Source: an uncultured Candidatus Saccharibacteria bacterium
GTDB lineage: Bacteria; Patescibacteriota; Saccharimonadia; Saccharimonadales; CAIOMD01
NCBI GenBank assembly: GCA_903859365.1
Contig: CAIOMD010000001.1
Coordinates: 1 to 55,050 of the forward strand
DNA: 55,050 nucleotides
Reading direction: 5' to 3'
This document shows, piece after piece, positions 1 to 9,424 of the stretch. The notes under the pieces were generated by a model. It made no database searches and was not told the origin of the DNA. It worked only from the letters and a program-made list of their open reading frames with translations. Positions within the stretch are counted from its first letter, which is position 1. Each line of letters starts with the position of its first letter. Made by a program: the position numbers and the translations under genes.

Positions 1-1
1 A

Positions 2-151
2 CGAAGAGGTAAGAAAGAAAAAGCTATTATTGATTTAGATAAACTCGAAGACTTATTGGCAGCTTCCGATCCTGCTTATCTCAAACTCATAAAAGAAGCT
101 CGGGAAAGCAAGGATTACTTTAGTCATGATGAGGTTTTTGGGGACATATAA
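2..151 (+). CDS. Phd/YefM-type antitoxin, 3' part (5'-truncated by window edge)
   Basis: Manual translation RRGKKEKAIIDLDKLEDLLAASDPAYLKLIKEARESKDYFSHDEVFGDI*; its TAA overlaps the toxin ATG (TAATG at 149-153); C-terminal SHDEVF is typical of RelE/YoeB partners. Confidence 0.7.
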   Translation, partial: RRGKKEKAIIDLDKLEDLLAASDPAYLKLIKEARESKDYFSHDEVFGDI

Positions 152-414
152 TGGCAAGCTATATCATTGTCTACACAAAGACGGCAGTTAAATCTATCCA
201 AAAATTAACACCACAAATAAGAAAAAGACTTCGTTTAAGGTTTGAGTATTTTATTAGCTTGGAAGAACCTCTTTCATTAGCTAAAGCTTTAACCCGGCCT
301 GCCGATGCACAATACAGGTATCGTATTGGGAATTATCGTGTACTTTTTGATGTTGAGGATAAGCAAATAATTATTCTACTGGTTCAGCATAGAAAAGATA
401 TTTATCGCAAATAA
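151..414 (+). CDS. RelE/ParE family type II toxin
   Basis: 87 aa basic protein with YRYRIGNYRVLF and C-terminal HRKDIY motifs; translationally coupled to the upstream antitoxin. Confidence 0.88.
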   Translation: MASYIIVYTKTAVKSIQKLTPQIRKRLRLRFEYFISLEEPLSLAKALTRPADAQYRYRIGNYRVLFDVEDKQIIILLVQHRKDIYRK

Positions 415-445
415 AAAATACTATAAAATAATTTCATAGTATTTG
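415..445. terminator. AT-rich hairpin between convergent toxin gene and tRNA-Gln
   Basis: Inverted repeat aaatactat...atagtattt. Confidence 0.4.
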
Positions 446-452
446 CAAATCT

Positions 453-526
453 TGGCTGGGGATGAGGGATTCGAACCCCCGATCCTGGGACCAGAACCCA
501 GTGCCTTACCGCTTGGCTAATCCCCA
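453..526 (-). tRNA. tRNA-Gln(CTG)
   Basis: Reverse complement folds as a cloverleaf; anticodon arm ctggg-tt-CTG-gt-cccag; GGTTCGAATC T-loop; CCA end. Confidence 0.95.
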
Positions 527-619
527 TTAATGGAACATGCACTAGTATAACAGGGATGAGTTAAAATTTTAAGCTTACAAATATAGTCATAATCTATTTT
601 TTAGCTTATTGTAAGTAGA

Positions 620-1549
620 GTGAAAAAAATTACTATTACCAATAAACCCTCTTTTGCATTTTCATTCATAACCTACCTTCTTGCAATTCCATGTGTAGTT
701 CTTCTGTGGCTCTTCCTAACTTTCACGAATACTAATAATTTTGTAAAAACAATTGCCCCGATTTCTAGAAATCCGAATGTACAAAAATATATAAGCGAAA
801 CAGCTGCAAACAGAATTATTAATAACGTTACTCTTACTGATCTCACAACTGCCCTGAGCGGGAATAGTGAATTTAGTGCAATTAATCCTCAGTGGATAAA
901 GATTATAGTGCAGCCAGTCATTGAAAATGGCGTTAATCAAATTATTTCTAGTAATCAGTTTTACGATGTTTTCGTAAAATCATTAACATTCGTTCATAAA
1001 ACCACTCTCAAAGAATTGAACGTTCATACTTCAGGCCTTTCATTGAATTTTCATCCCCTTGTTATTTCTGCAGTTACAGCGCTTAATAATACAAGTATCT
1101 CAAAAGTTACTAATTCATTAAACGTTACTCCAAGCACTGGCATCATAAAGTTCAATACTTCGAAATTAGATAAACTTCGCCAAAATTACCAACACTCTGT
1201 ATTCATTGCTAAGGTCGTTATCATCTTACCGATAGTCACATTCATTATTTCTATCATTTTATCCAAGAGAAGAATTAGAACATTCAGTAACACTTACATT
1301 TATTCATCAATTCTTTTATTTATCTTTATAGTAGCACTGCTTTTCGCACCTTATTTCGTGAATACGGCAAATCTAGATCAAACTGCAGCGATTCGAAGTG
1401 TAATTTCAAATATTACGCATAGCCTCATAATGGATACAACTGCACTCGCAGTAGTATTACTGGTCGCAGGTATCGGAATTCGAAGATATGAGAAGCAGAT
1501 CGGTTCTCTTCTGAGTAGCCTATATTTGAAACTAAACAAAACCAAATAA
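620..1549 (+). CDS. Hypothetical integral membrane protein
   Basis: 309 aa; one N-terminal TM segment, a soluble domain and about 3 C-terminal TM segments. Confidence 0.7.
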   Translation: MKKITITNKPSFAFSFITYLLAIPCVVLLWLFLTFTNTNNFVKTIAPISRNPNVQKYISETAANRIINNVTLTDLTTALSGNSEFSAINPQWIKIIVQPVIENGVNQIISSNQFYDVFVKSLTFVHKTTLKELNVHTSGLSLNFHPLVISAVTALNNTSISKVTNSLNVTPSTGIIKFNTSKLDKLRQNYQHSVFIAKVVIILPIVTFIISIILSKRRIRTFSNTYIYSSILLFIFIVALLFAPYFVNTANLDQTAAIRSVISNITHSLIMDTTALAVVLLVAGIGIRRYEKQIGSLLSSLYLKLNKTK

Positions 1550-1554
1550 TTTTT

Positions 1555-1833
1555 TTATTTTGCTTTAAAAGTTTTAATTACAACACCAATAAGGGAAGAG
1601 TAGGGAACTGCGCCAAAGCTGCGGCTATCGGTGCTTGCTTGTTCATTATCTCCGAGTAAAGTATACAGGGCAGGGGAGCCGATTTTCGTAACCCTTTTTA
1701 CCACTTCCCTATCATTCACGTTTGCGATTACTATATCCCCAACTTTTGGTTTTTTTCGAACAGCAAAAACTAAGTCCTTCTCATACAAAGATGGCTCCAT
1801 AGATGCACCAACAACTCTTCTAAGAAAAAACAC
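1555..1833 (-). CDS. sodX: Nickel-SOD maturation protease (S26 peptidase)
   Basis: V-x-G-x-S-M-x-P catalytic Ser, VKR Lys and GDN..S.DSR.FG motifs; directly downstream of sodN; start reassigned to GTG at 1833 after an AAGG RBS. Confidence 0.88.
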   Translation of the reverse strand: MFFLRRVVGASMEPSLYEKDLVFAVRKKPKVGDIVIANVNDREVVKRVTKIGSPALYTLLGDNEQASTDSRSFGAVPYSSLIGVVIKTFKAK

Positions 1834-1840
1834 TGTTACC

Positions 1841-2242
1841 TTATTTTTTTGAATCAGCAAACATAGCTGCAATTTTTTCAACCATTACGGTGAGTTTTTG
1901 ACATTCCTCTTCACTGACGTGCTGTTTTACTGCACTTGCTTGTTTAACTGTTTGCCAAAAAATTGTGTGCAGATTTGGAAATTTCTCAAGGTGCTCTGGC
2001 TTAAAATAGTCACTCCACAAAATGTAGAGCTGATCTTTTACTTTTTGTGCGTGCTCTTCTTTAATTTGAATGGCACGGATGAAATTATTATTTTTTTCTG
2101 TGGAATCAATTTCTCCGTATGAAAGGATTTTTTCAACCATCTTTGCACACGTAGCGGTCGCATGAGTCATTGTATCGGTTTCATATATACCACACGGCAG
2201 ATCACAGTGCGCGTAAACGGGCTTTAAAAAATTTCTTAACAT
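1841..2242 (-). CDS. sodN: Nickel superoxide dismutase
   Basis: Ni-hook HCDLPCGIY after an 11 aa leader; KEEHA and LWSDYFKPEH motifs; GGAG RBS upstream. Confidence 0.95.
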   Translation of the reverse strand: MLRNFLKPVYAHCDLPCGIYETDTMTHATATCAKMVEKILSYGEIDSTEKNNNFIRAIQIKEEHAQKVKDQLYILWSDYFKPEHLEKFPNLHTIFWQTVKQASAVKQHVSEEECQKLTVMVEKIAAMFADSKK

Positions 2243-2281
2243 TTTTTTGGACTCCTTTATGTCAGCTTAGTATAGCAAAAT

Positions 2282-2923
2282 TTATCTGCTATTTTCTTGT
2301 CGCCATTTTTCAATTGCAGCATGATTTCCACTTAGAAGAATATCAGGCACTGCTAAGCCCTTAAAAATCTCAGGACGAGTATATTGAGGAAATTCTCTAT
2401 TTTCTCCATCGCTGAAGCTCTCGATCTCAGCACTCTTCTCTCCCCCCAGCACCCCCGGGAGTAAACGAACGATACTATCAACAACCACCATGGCCGGAAC
2501 TTCGCCTCCTGTAAGCACATAGTGGCCGATACAAATTTGATCATCTACTAGGGCTGTAATACGTTCGTCGTAACCCTCGTATCTGCCACAAATAATAATA
2601 AGATCTTGTTGATTAGTGGCATAACTCTGGGCGTGTTTTTGAGTATAGTCAACACCTCTTGGCGTCATCAATAAAACTTTGGAGTTAGGCGAAGTTTTTT
2701 TACAATGCTCAACTGCAGCAAAAAGCGGCTCTGGCATGAGGAGCATCCCATCCCCTCCTCCATATGGCGTATCATCTACTGTCTTTCGATTACCAATTCC
2801 AAACTGGCGTAAATCCACAACCGATAGTTCAACAATTGCTTTATTTTGAGCTTTCCAGAGCATGCTTGCCCCAAAAACTCCGCCAAACATTTCTGGAAAT
2901 AACGTAATAACTTGTATTTTCAT
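2282..2923 (-). CDS. trmD: tRNA (guanine-N1)-methyltransferase
   Basis: ITLFPE, DDTPYGGG, CGRYEG, VLTGGE, PQYTRP motifs; start at MKIQV (2923). Confidence 0.96.
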   Translation of the reverse strand: MKIQVITLFPEMFGGVFGASMLWKAQNKAIVELSVVDLRQFGIGNRKTVDDTPYGGGDGMLLMPEPLFAAVEHCKKTSPNSKVLLMTPRGVDYTQKHAQSYATNQQDLIIICGRYEGYDERITALVDDQICIGHYVLTGGEVPAMVVVDSIVRLLPGVLGGEKSAEIESFSDGENREFPQYTRPEIFKGLAVPDILLSGNHAAIEKWRQENSR

Positions 2924-2943
2924 ATCTATGAAAGTATACAACA

Positions 2944-2975
2944 AAAAAAGGCTACTCCCATAAGAGTAGTCTTTT
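2944..2975 (-). terminator. Rho-independent terminator after khpA
   Basis: aaaggctactc/gagtagtcttt stem with a poly-T run on the minus strand. Confidence 0.6.
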
Positions 2976-2992
2976 AATTTTATTTCTATCAA

Positions 2993-3391
2993 TTAAACGT
3001 CGAGATCGTCGAGTTCTTCTAACTCTCTTCGAGTATCATTCACGACACTACTTGGAGTTTCTTTTTCTTCATATGAGTTATCTGCATGCGATGATTCTCG
3101 TTCACCTTCTTCTCTTGGAGCTCGCGCATGCTCACCGACTCCATTATCTACAATCTTAAGATTGTAACGAGCCTCATTCTTTGTTCCAAGCGCCCTTAAG
3201 AGTGTTCGGATGCTTTGAGCAGTGGCACCTCTTTTACCTATGACACGACCTAAATCCTCTGGATCGACGGTTAGTTCAAGAAGCACTCCTTTTTCATCAA
3301 CTCTGCGCTCAATTTGAACTGCATCAGGATTACCAACTAGGGACTTAACGATATACTCTACAAATTGAACATCTATGGTTGTATTAGACAT
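2993..3391 (-). CDS. khpA: KH-domain RNA-binding protein KhpA with acidic C-terminal tail
   Basis: DLGRVIGKRG GxxG loop; conserved rpsP-khpA-trmD order. Confidence 0.88.
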   Translation of the reverse strand: MSNTTIDVQFVEYIVKSLVGNPDAVQIERRVDEKGVLLELTVDPEDLGRVIGKRGATAQSIRTLLRALGTKNEARYNLKIVDNGVGEHARAPREEGERESSHADNSYEEKETPSSVVNDTRRELEELDDLDV

Positions 3392-3434
3392 ACTGGAATC
3401 TCCTCATTTACTGTTAATACTCTAAGTATACAAT

Positions 3435-3462
3435 AAAAAAACTCGAGTCAAGCTCGAGTTTT
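3435..3462 (-). terminator. Rho-independent terminator after rpsP
   Basis: aaaactcgag-tcaag-ctcgagtttt perfect stem with T-tract. Confidence 0.7.
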
Positions 3463-3484
3463 AATTTATGGATGCGATTACGTT

Positions 3485-3904
3485 CTACGCTTCGGGAGTC
3501 TCTTCAGTAACTACAGGCGCTTCAGTTTTAACCTCAGCCTCAACCTGCGCTTCTTCAGCAACGGGCTCTTCGATGGCTACTTCTTCAACTGGGCGATTTT
3601 TACGAAGTTTTTCAGCATTCTTTATAGTTTTTTGCTTCTTGTCAGAGGCTAAAGTAACCCAGGAAGGAAGTTCAACGCCTTCTTTTTTCAAGATTGCAGC
3701 AACTCTATTAGAAGGCTGAGCACCATTCTTTAAGTAGAAAGCTGCTTTTTCAGCATCAATTTTAGTTTCTTTAGTATGTGGATTGTAATTACCAAGTCCA
3801 GCAATAACACGACCACTTGATGGTGTCTGTCGGCTGTCTTGTACTACGACACGGAATTGAGCGTGACCCTTACGGCCAGTACGTTGCATACGGATTGCGA
3901 GCAT
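3485..3904 (-). CDS. rpsP: 30S ribosomal protein S16
   Basis: MLAIRMQRTGRK...GNYNP...GAQPS; acidic C-terminal extension. Confidence 0.96.
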   Translation of the reverse strand: MLAIRMQRTGRKGHAQFRVVVQDSRQTPSSGRVIAGLGNYNPHTKETKIDAEKAAFYLKNGAQPSNRVAAILKKEGVELPSWVTLASDKKQKTIKNAEKLRKNRPVEEVAIEEPVAEEAQVEAEVKTEAPVVTEETPEA

Positions 3905-3990
3905 ATCTTTTGTCTAGTCTTTCTTCACTTAAACTTGTTATATATTCTGATAGATTATTCTATCTGTTTTTCTGACAATTGTCAAACCTT

Positions 3991-4695
3991 TTACCCCTTA
4001 GGTTCATAAGTCGTCAATGCAGCTTCTGCGGCACGTTGCTGTGCTATCTGCTTACTTGGGCCAGTACCCTGCCCTTTTGCAACATTATTGACCATAACAA
4101 CAATGGTAAAAATCTTATCATGGTCGGGACCCTCTTCTGATACAACCTTGTAATGAGGTGTTGCGCCATCAACACTTTGAGCAATTTCTTGGAGCCTTGA
4201 TTTTCCGTCCATCCACGAGCCAGTTTCTAAAATTCCTTCAAGTGTTGAAAGAATATTTTTTGTAATAAATACTGCTGCTGCATCATAACCTTGATCAAGA
4301 TAGATTGCACCAATAATAGCTTCAAAACAATTAGCTAAAATTTGTTGTCGAGCTCGTTCACTACCTCTTTTTTCACCCCGAGAAAGTCGTAGATATTCAT
4401 TAAACCCTAAACGCTCACTTGCTGCACTAATACTCTCAGTCCTCACAAGAGCGCTTCTCCAGTTCGTTAAGATACCTTCTGGTTCGGAGTAGGTTTTATA
4501 CAAAAACTCCGTTACAACAAGCTCTAAAACTGCGTCACCAAGAAATTCAAGACGCTCATTATGCTCTTTAACGGATTTTTTATGTTCGTTAAGGTAAGAG
4601 CGGTGCGTTAAGGCCGTTACGAGTAGCTCAGGATTATTAAATTTTCCACCTAATTTTTCTACTGCTAAATCTTGGTAAATACTAAATTCCTGCAT
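3991..4695 (-). CDS. rnc: Ribonuclease III
   Basis: ALTHRS, NERLEFLGDAVL signature and C-terminal dsRBD; probable start MQEFS (4695). Confidence 0.96.
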   Translation of the reverse strand: MQEFSIYQDLAVEKLGGKFNNPELLVTALTHRSYLNEHKKSVKEHNERLEFLGDAVLELVVTEFLYKTYSEPEGILTNWRSALVRTESISAASERLGFNEYLRLSRGEKRGSERARQQILANCFEAIIGAIYLDQGYDAAAVFITKNILSTLEGILETGSWMDGKSRLQEIAQSVDGATPHYKVVSEEGPDHDKIFTIVVMVNNVAKGQGTGPSKQIAQQRAAEAALTTYEPKG

Positions 4696-5185
4696 CTCTA
4701 ACTTTCTTAAGTCCCAAAAGTATAATTTTGCCAATGTCTTCGTATTCAATTTTCTCTAGTGCTTCTTTTGCTGGGAACCAGTCAATACCATTCATCCAAT
4801 CTTCTTTTTTAAGATCATTTGAGTCGCCTTGCGCTACAACGAGATAGATTTGTGTACTCATTAAGATAAGACTGTTCTGGCGACGGTAGCGAAAATTAAT
4901 TTTTCCAAGCCAGGAGAGCACCTTCATTTGCTGAAGTCCAGTTTCTTCTCGAATCTCTCGCTCGGCAGTATCCCGTGGCCCCTCTCCAGGTTCGATATGA
5001 CCCTTCGGTATCGTCCATCTATCCTTGGCGTCTTGAATTAAGAGAATTTCAATTTCTTTAGTTTTTTCGTCACGCCGAACTACCACGCCCCCGGCGGTCG
5101 GTTCACGAACCACTTCAGTTATAGCTGGTTTTCGCTTATTTAAATAATTTTTAAAACCCTTTAAGGGCGTTGGTCTTTTCATCAT
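4682..5185 (-). CDS. NUDIX hydrolase
   Basis: Nudix box GHIEPGEGPRDTAEREIREETGL. Confidence 0.9.
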   Translation of the reverse strand: MMKRPTPLKGFKNYLNKRKPAITEVVREPTAGGVVVRRDEKTKEIEILLIQDAKDRWTIPKGHIEPGEGPRDTAEREIREETGLQQMKVLSWLGKINFRYRRQNSLILMSTQIYLVVAQGDSNDLKKEDWMNGIDWFPAKEALEKIEYEDIGKIILLGLKKVRDAGI

Positions 5186-5652
5186 TTCTTTTCTTTCTTT
5201 TTTTCCGGAGCCTGCCCTTCTTTAGCGGCTTCAAGATTTCTCAAAGCAGTACCAAGGACTCCATTAATAAATTTTGAGGAATTTTCACTGCCAAAAGCTT
5301 TAGCGAGTTCAACTGCCTCATTAATCACTACTTTAGGTGGAACATCTGAAGCGAAGCTGAGCTCAAAGAGTCCAATTTGTAAAACAATTCGGTCTATTCG
5401 AGCGATTTGAGCTAACGGCCACTCAGGAGCAATAGGCTGCAAAGTATCCAGCAGCTCCTGATTTTTATCTGATACTCCGTGAACTAACGATACGATAAAT
5501 TCTTTATCTTCTATAGTCTCACTGTAGCGATCAATATTTCTTTCAAGCACTTCATCAAGATTAAAACTGGTATCCCCACAATCAGCGCGAAAATCCTGCT
5601 CATACAATGTCTGTAGAGCTACAATTCTGCCAAGATGCCGATTTGATGCCAT
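5182..5652 (-). CDS. nusB: Transcription antitermination factor NusB
   Basis: RHLGR..ALQTLY, VPPKVVINEAVELAK, KFINGVLG motifs. Confidence 0.96.
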   Translation of the reverse strand: MASNRHLGRIVALQTLYEQDFRADCGDTSFNLDEVLERNIDRYSETIEDKEFIVSLVHGVSDKNQELLDTLQPIAPEWPLAQIARIDRIVLQIGLFELSFASDVPPKVVINEAVELAKAFGSENSSKFINGVLGTALRNLEAAKEGQAPEKKKEKK

Positions 5653-5707
5653 AATCTTGTCTCGTACCTTAATCTCTTAGAAATAAGAGTTACTTTGTAA
5701 AATAGCG

Positions 5708-5869
5708 CTATTTACTAGCAGCTTCAGTTTTAATCTTACCACTTTCACGCCGTGTAGTATAAGCATGAACTGGAGATTTTGCGTTTACTGATCTCGCCAA
5801 TTTAACTACCAAATGACTCCGACGAGTACCGGTGCGGCGAGGTGTTGTTCTTTTCTTTGGCTTACCCAA
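5708..5869 (-). CDS. rpmF: 50S ribosomal protein L32 (absent from ORF track)
   Basis: Manual translation from TTG: MGKPKKRTTPRRTGTRRSHLVVKLARSVNAKSPVHAYTTRRESGKIKTEAASK*; AGGAG RBS; PKK(R)...RRSH is the L32 motif; lies upstream of nusB. Confidence 0.88.
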   Translation of the reverse strand: MGKPKKRTTPRRTGTRRSHLVVKLARSVNAKSPVHAYTTRRESGKIKTEAASK

Positions 5870-5972
5870 GGTACAAACTCCTATAAGTTATATATAACAT
5901 TTACTAAATAATGATATTATTATAGCAGTTTGCTGCATAAAAACTCAAGAGAAAAGTTATTATGTACAAATT

Positions 5973-6001
5973 TTGACTAAACGTAACCAATATTATAAAA
6001 T
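5973..6001 (+). promoter_or_regulatory. Sigma70-type promoter TTGACT-17-TAAAAT for the 6011 gene
   Basis: Near-consensus -35/-10 with 17 bp spacer, about 10 nt before the ATG. Confidence 0.55.
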
Positions 6002-6010
6002 ATATATACT

Positions 6011-6598
6011 ATGAGTAACCGATACCCCCAAGCCCAGCAGATGCGTCACGAAGAGCATAATAGTGGAAATTTTAATTATTTTACTCCTTCTTTAAAAGAG
6101 AAGCTTTTCGGAAGAACAATAAGGGGAAAAATTGGTCGTCTGATTGCAGTCGTAGCATTAACATATGCTGCTGCAAATGCACTAGAAAGCAATAACCCAC
6201 CAACAATTGACGGAACAGTAGCCGCAACCTTAACTATTGATTCAGGAGTGAATCTTCATTCAGATCCACATATGCCAGATTCCTCAGGCGTAGATGGAAC
6301 AAACGTAGACTACACAGTACCGCAAGGAGCAAAAATTGAAGTATCGAATCCAGTACAAGTAACATCGATGGGTAATACGGGTGAAGAAACGTGGTACGGC
6401 TTTAATGTTCCTGGTGTTAAAGGAACACAATGGATGAACGACTCAGAAGTAGAAGCTCAAGGGCTCGCAACAACTACTTATAGCAGTAATTCGGCTACTC
6501 CTTTAGATACCACTTACAAAAACGGAAATTACTATTTCACTACACAAACTGGACAACAGCAACAAGCCGGTACATCTGAAATCGTCTCAGCGCCATAA
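6011..6598 (+). CDS. Hypothetical membrane-anchored protein, possible SH3b-like extracellular domain
   Basis: Basic N-terminus, TM helix, then VNLHSDP...VPQGAKIEV...WYGF...W pattern reminiscent of SH3b. Confidence 0.6.
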   Translation: MSNRYPQAQQMRHEEHNSGNFNYFTPSLKEKLFGRTIRGKIGRLIAVVALTYAAANALESNNPPTIDGTVAATLTIDSGVNLHSDPHMPDSSGVDGTNVDYTVPQGAKIEVSNPVQVTSMGNTGEETWYGFNVPGVKGTQWMNDSEVEAQGLATTTYSSNSATPLDTTYKNGNYYFTTQTGQQQQAGTSEIVSAP

Positions 6599-6606
6599 AG
6601 GTTTCT

Positions 6607-6975
6607 ATGAGTAATTTTATTTCAAATTCAATCGATACTTATAGCAGTCTAACTAGGCGTGAAAAAATGATTGCCCGTATTGGTGCTGTTGCAATTGTTT
6701 TATGCGGAGCAGGTATGCTCGAAGGTTTTGCAAATAACTATGTTGGCACTGATACTCTTAGCTGTTTTGGATCAACAGAACTAGCTATACCAGCTAATGC
6801 ATCTTTTATTCAAGCCTTGTCAGATTCAGCGAATCGTTTACATACTTCCCCCGCTGATCTTCAGCCAATCCTTATTGCAGAAAACGATAACAATGTTTTT
6901 TTCGGGCCACGAGGTCTAACTTTTAACGTAAGTAGCTCTGCAACCTACCAAAGTCCAACTAATTGTAGTAAATAA
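6607..6975 (+). CDS. Hypothetical membrane-anchored protein
   Basis: 122 aa, one TM helix, small extracellular domain with paired Cys; 8 nt after the previous gene. Confidence 0.6.
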   Translation: MSNFISNSIDTYSSLTRREKMIARIGAVAIVLCGAGMLEGFANNYVGTDTLSCFGSTELAIPANASFIQALSDSANRLHTSPADLQPILIAENDNNVFFGPRGLTFNVSSSATYQSPTNCSK

Positions 6976-6976
6976 G

Positions 6977-9424
6977 CTAAACTACAAAATTAAGTAATTT
7001 ATCTTTGACGTAGATAACTTTGCGTATATCTGAAGACAAATAATCAGCCACATTTTTATTTAATTTGGCTTCTTCTTCGATGACAGATTGTTCTGAGTCA
7101 GCAGCAATTTCGATTTCACCTCTTAGCTTGCCATTAACTTGTATTGCAATCTTTATAGTATGCTTAACGAGATACGCCTCGTTGTGCATTGGCCATGGAG
7201 CAATATGAATTGAACCTTTCTCGGCTAGTTCAGCCCAAAGTTCTTCAGCAATATGTGGTGCAAAAGGAGCTAGTAACTGCGCCATCGATTTGAGCGCAAA
7301 TTTCCAAGTTTTTTTATCTTTAAAGCCTTGCTCTTTTTCTACGACATATAGTTCATTGCAAAATTGCATCAATGCTGCAATTGCAGTATTAAATGACATA
7401 ACTTCAAGATCTCTGCTAACTTTCTTGATAGCTCCGTGGGTTGCGCTCATAAGTGCCCCCTCGGACTCAGAATTGGTTTCGTTATTTTCTGATTCAATAT
7501 ATCTTTGGGTCAATGTCCATACTCTTTGAAGAAAACGAAATACACCAGCTAATCCTTCGTTACTCCAAGGAGTAGACATATCGAATGGTGCGAGAAAGAG
7601 TACGATCAAACGAAGTGCATCTGCTCCATAGCCTTGCTCGATAATTTCTTCAGGCTTAATATCATTGCCCTTGCTTTTGCTGATCTTTTGTCCATCAGCA
7701 GCAAGAAGCATTCCTTGATTTCTCAAAGCTTTAAATGGCTCATCAAAGTTAATAAGCCCAGCGTCATGCATAACCTTCGTCCACATACGTGCATATAAAA
7801 GATGCATCACTGCATGTTCTGCACCACCAACATAAAGATCTACTGGAAGCCAATAAGCTGCTTTTTCTTTTGAAAAAGGTGCTTCAGTGTTATAGGGATC
7901 TGCGAACCGTAAAAAATACCAACTACTACAAGCAAAGCCATCCATGGTATCGGTTTCTCGGCGCGCTGGACCACCACAAGTAGGACATTTCGTTTCTACC
8001 CAATCTTTTGCTCGAGCAAGCGGGGATTGTCCATCACCACTTGGTTGAAAATCATCCATTACAGGTAATTCAAGAGGTAAATCTTTTTTAGGGACAGCAA
8101 CCGCACCATCTATAGGACAATGGATTATCGGTATTGGTGCGCCCCAATATCTTTGTCGACTTATAAGCCAGTCACGTAATTTGTAATTTACTTGCTCTTC
8201 ACCAATCTTCTTTTTTACCAAGTCGGCAACAATTTGTTCCCTTGCTTCAGCACTCGATAATCCATCATATTTTCCGGAGTTTATCATGATGCCTTCGCCG
8301 CTATAACATCCACCATGGTGAGGAGTAGTTGATGAGACAACTTCAATAATTGGAATAGAGTATTGGTTTGCAAATTCAAAGTCTCTTTCATCGTGAGCCG
8401 GCACAGCCATTATAGCCCCTGTTCCATAGCCCATAAGTACATAGTCTGCTATCCAAATCGGAATTCGTTCATTATTTATTGGATTGAGTGCATACGCTCC
8501 AGTGAAAACTCCCGTCTTCTTTTTTGCAGCTGCTTCTTGTAATTCAATTTCATTTTTTCGCGCTGCTTTTTCGACATATTTTTCAACATCCTTTTTTTGT
8601 GCTTCAGAAGTAATCTCAGCTACAAGTGGGTGTGTTGGTGCAAGCACTATATAGGTTGCCCCAAAAAGAGTATCTGGGCGCGTCGTGAAAACTTCAATAG
8701 TCCTATCTTTTTCGGCTACAGCAAAAGATAGTTTGGCACCTTTGCTTTTACCGATCCAATTTCTCTGCATTAGCTTTATGCCTTCAGGCCAATCAAGACC
8801 ATCAAGTCCTGCAACTAGATCATCTGCATAATCGGTAATCTTAAAGAACCATTGTTTCAACACTTTTTTACTCACTGGAGTGTCTTCATGCCGCCAGCAA
8901 CAGCCGTTTACTACCTGTTCATTTGCGAGCACCGTTTTACAAACATCACACCACCACTGAGGGCTCTCCTGCTGATAGGCGAGACCACGTTCTAGGAGTA
9001 ATAGGAAAAACCACTGCGTCCATTTATAGTAATCTGAATCCGTAGAACCAAATTCACGGCTCCAATCTATTGAAAGTCCTAGTTTCTTACATTGTTCTCT
9101 AAAGTTATCGGTATTTTGTTTAGTGGTGATTTGCGGAGAGATTCCTGTTTTAATCGCATAATTTTCACCTGGTAAGCCAAAACTATCCCATCCCATCGGT
9201 TGCAGTACGTTATGTCCCTGCATCCTCTTATATCTTGCGACTACATCCGTAATTGTAAAATTCCGCGTATGGCCAATATGTAGGCCGATACCACTCGGAT
9301 AGGGGAAAAAGGATAGGGCGTAATACTTTGGCTTAGCATCATTATCTAGAGCTTCATAGATTTTTGAATCAGACCATTCTTTTTGCCACTTCTTCTCAAT
9401 TGCTCTTGGATCGTAACGTTTCAT
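6977..9424 (-). CDS. leuS: Leucine--tRNA ligase
   Basis: FPYPSG.GLHIGH, CP1 editing FTTRPDT/GTG, WLISRQRYWG, KISKS. Confidence 0.98.
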   Translation of the reverse strand: MKRYDPRAIEKKWQKEWSDSKIYEALDNDAKPKYYALSFFPYPSGIGLHIGHTRNFTITDVVARYKRMQGHNVLQPMGWDSFGLPGENYAIKTGISPQITTKQNTDNFREQCKKLGLSIDWSREFGSTDSDYYKWTQWFFLLLLERGLAYQQESPQWWCDVCKTVLANEQVVNGCCWRHEDTPVSKKVLKQWFFKITDYADDLVAGLDGLDWPEGIKLMQRNWIGKSKGAKLSFAVAEKDRTIEVFTTRPDTLFGATYIVLAPTHPLVAEITSEAQKKDVEKYVEKAARKNEIELQEAAAKKKTGVFTGAYALNPINNERIPIWIADYVLMGYGTGAIMAVPAHDERDFEFANQYSIPIIEVVSSTTPHHGGCYSGEGIMINSGKYDGLSSAEAREQIVADLVKKKIGEEQVNYKLRDWLISRQRYWGAPIPIIHCPIDGAVAVPKKDLPLELPVMDDFQPSGDGQSPLARAKDWVETKCPTCGGPARRETDTMDGFACSSWYFLRFADPYNTEAPFSKEKAAYWLPVDLYVGGAEHAVMHLLYARMWTKVMHDAGLINFDEPFKALRNQGMLLAADGQKISKSKGNDIKPEEIIEQGYGADALRLIVLFLAPFDMSTPWSNEGLAGVFRFLQRVWTLTQRYIESENNETNSESEGALMSATHGAIKKVSRDLEVMSFNTAIAALMQFCNELYVVEKEQGFKDKKTWKFALKSMAQLLAPFAPHIAEELWAELAEKGSIHIAPWPMHNEAYLVKHTIKIAIQVNGKLRGEIEIAADSEQSVIEEEAKLNKNVADYLSSDIRKVIYVKDKLLNFVV

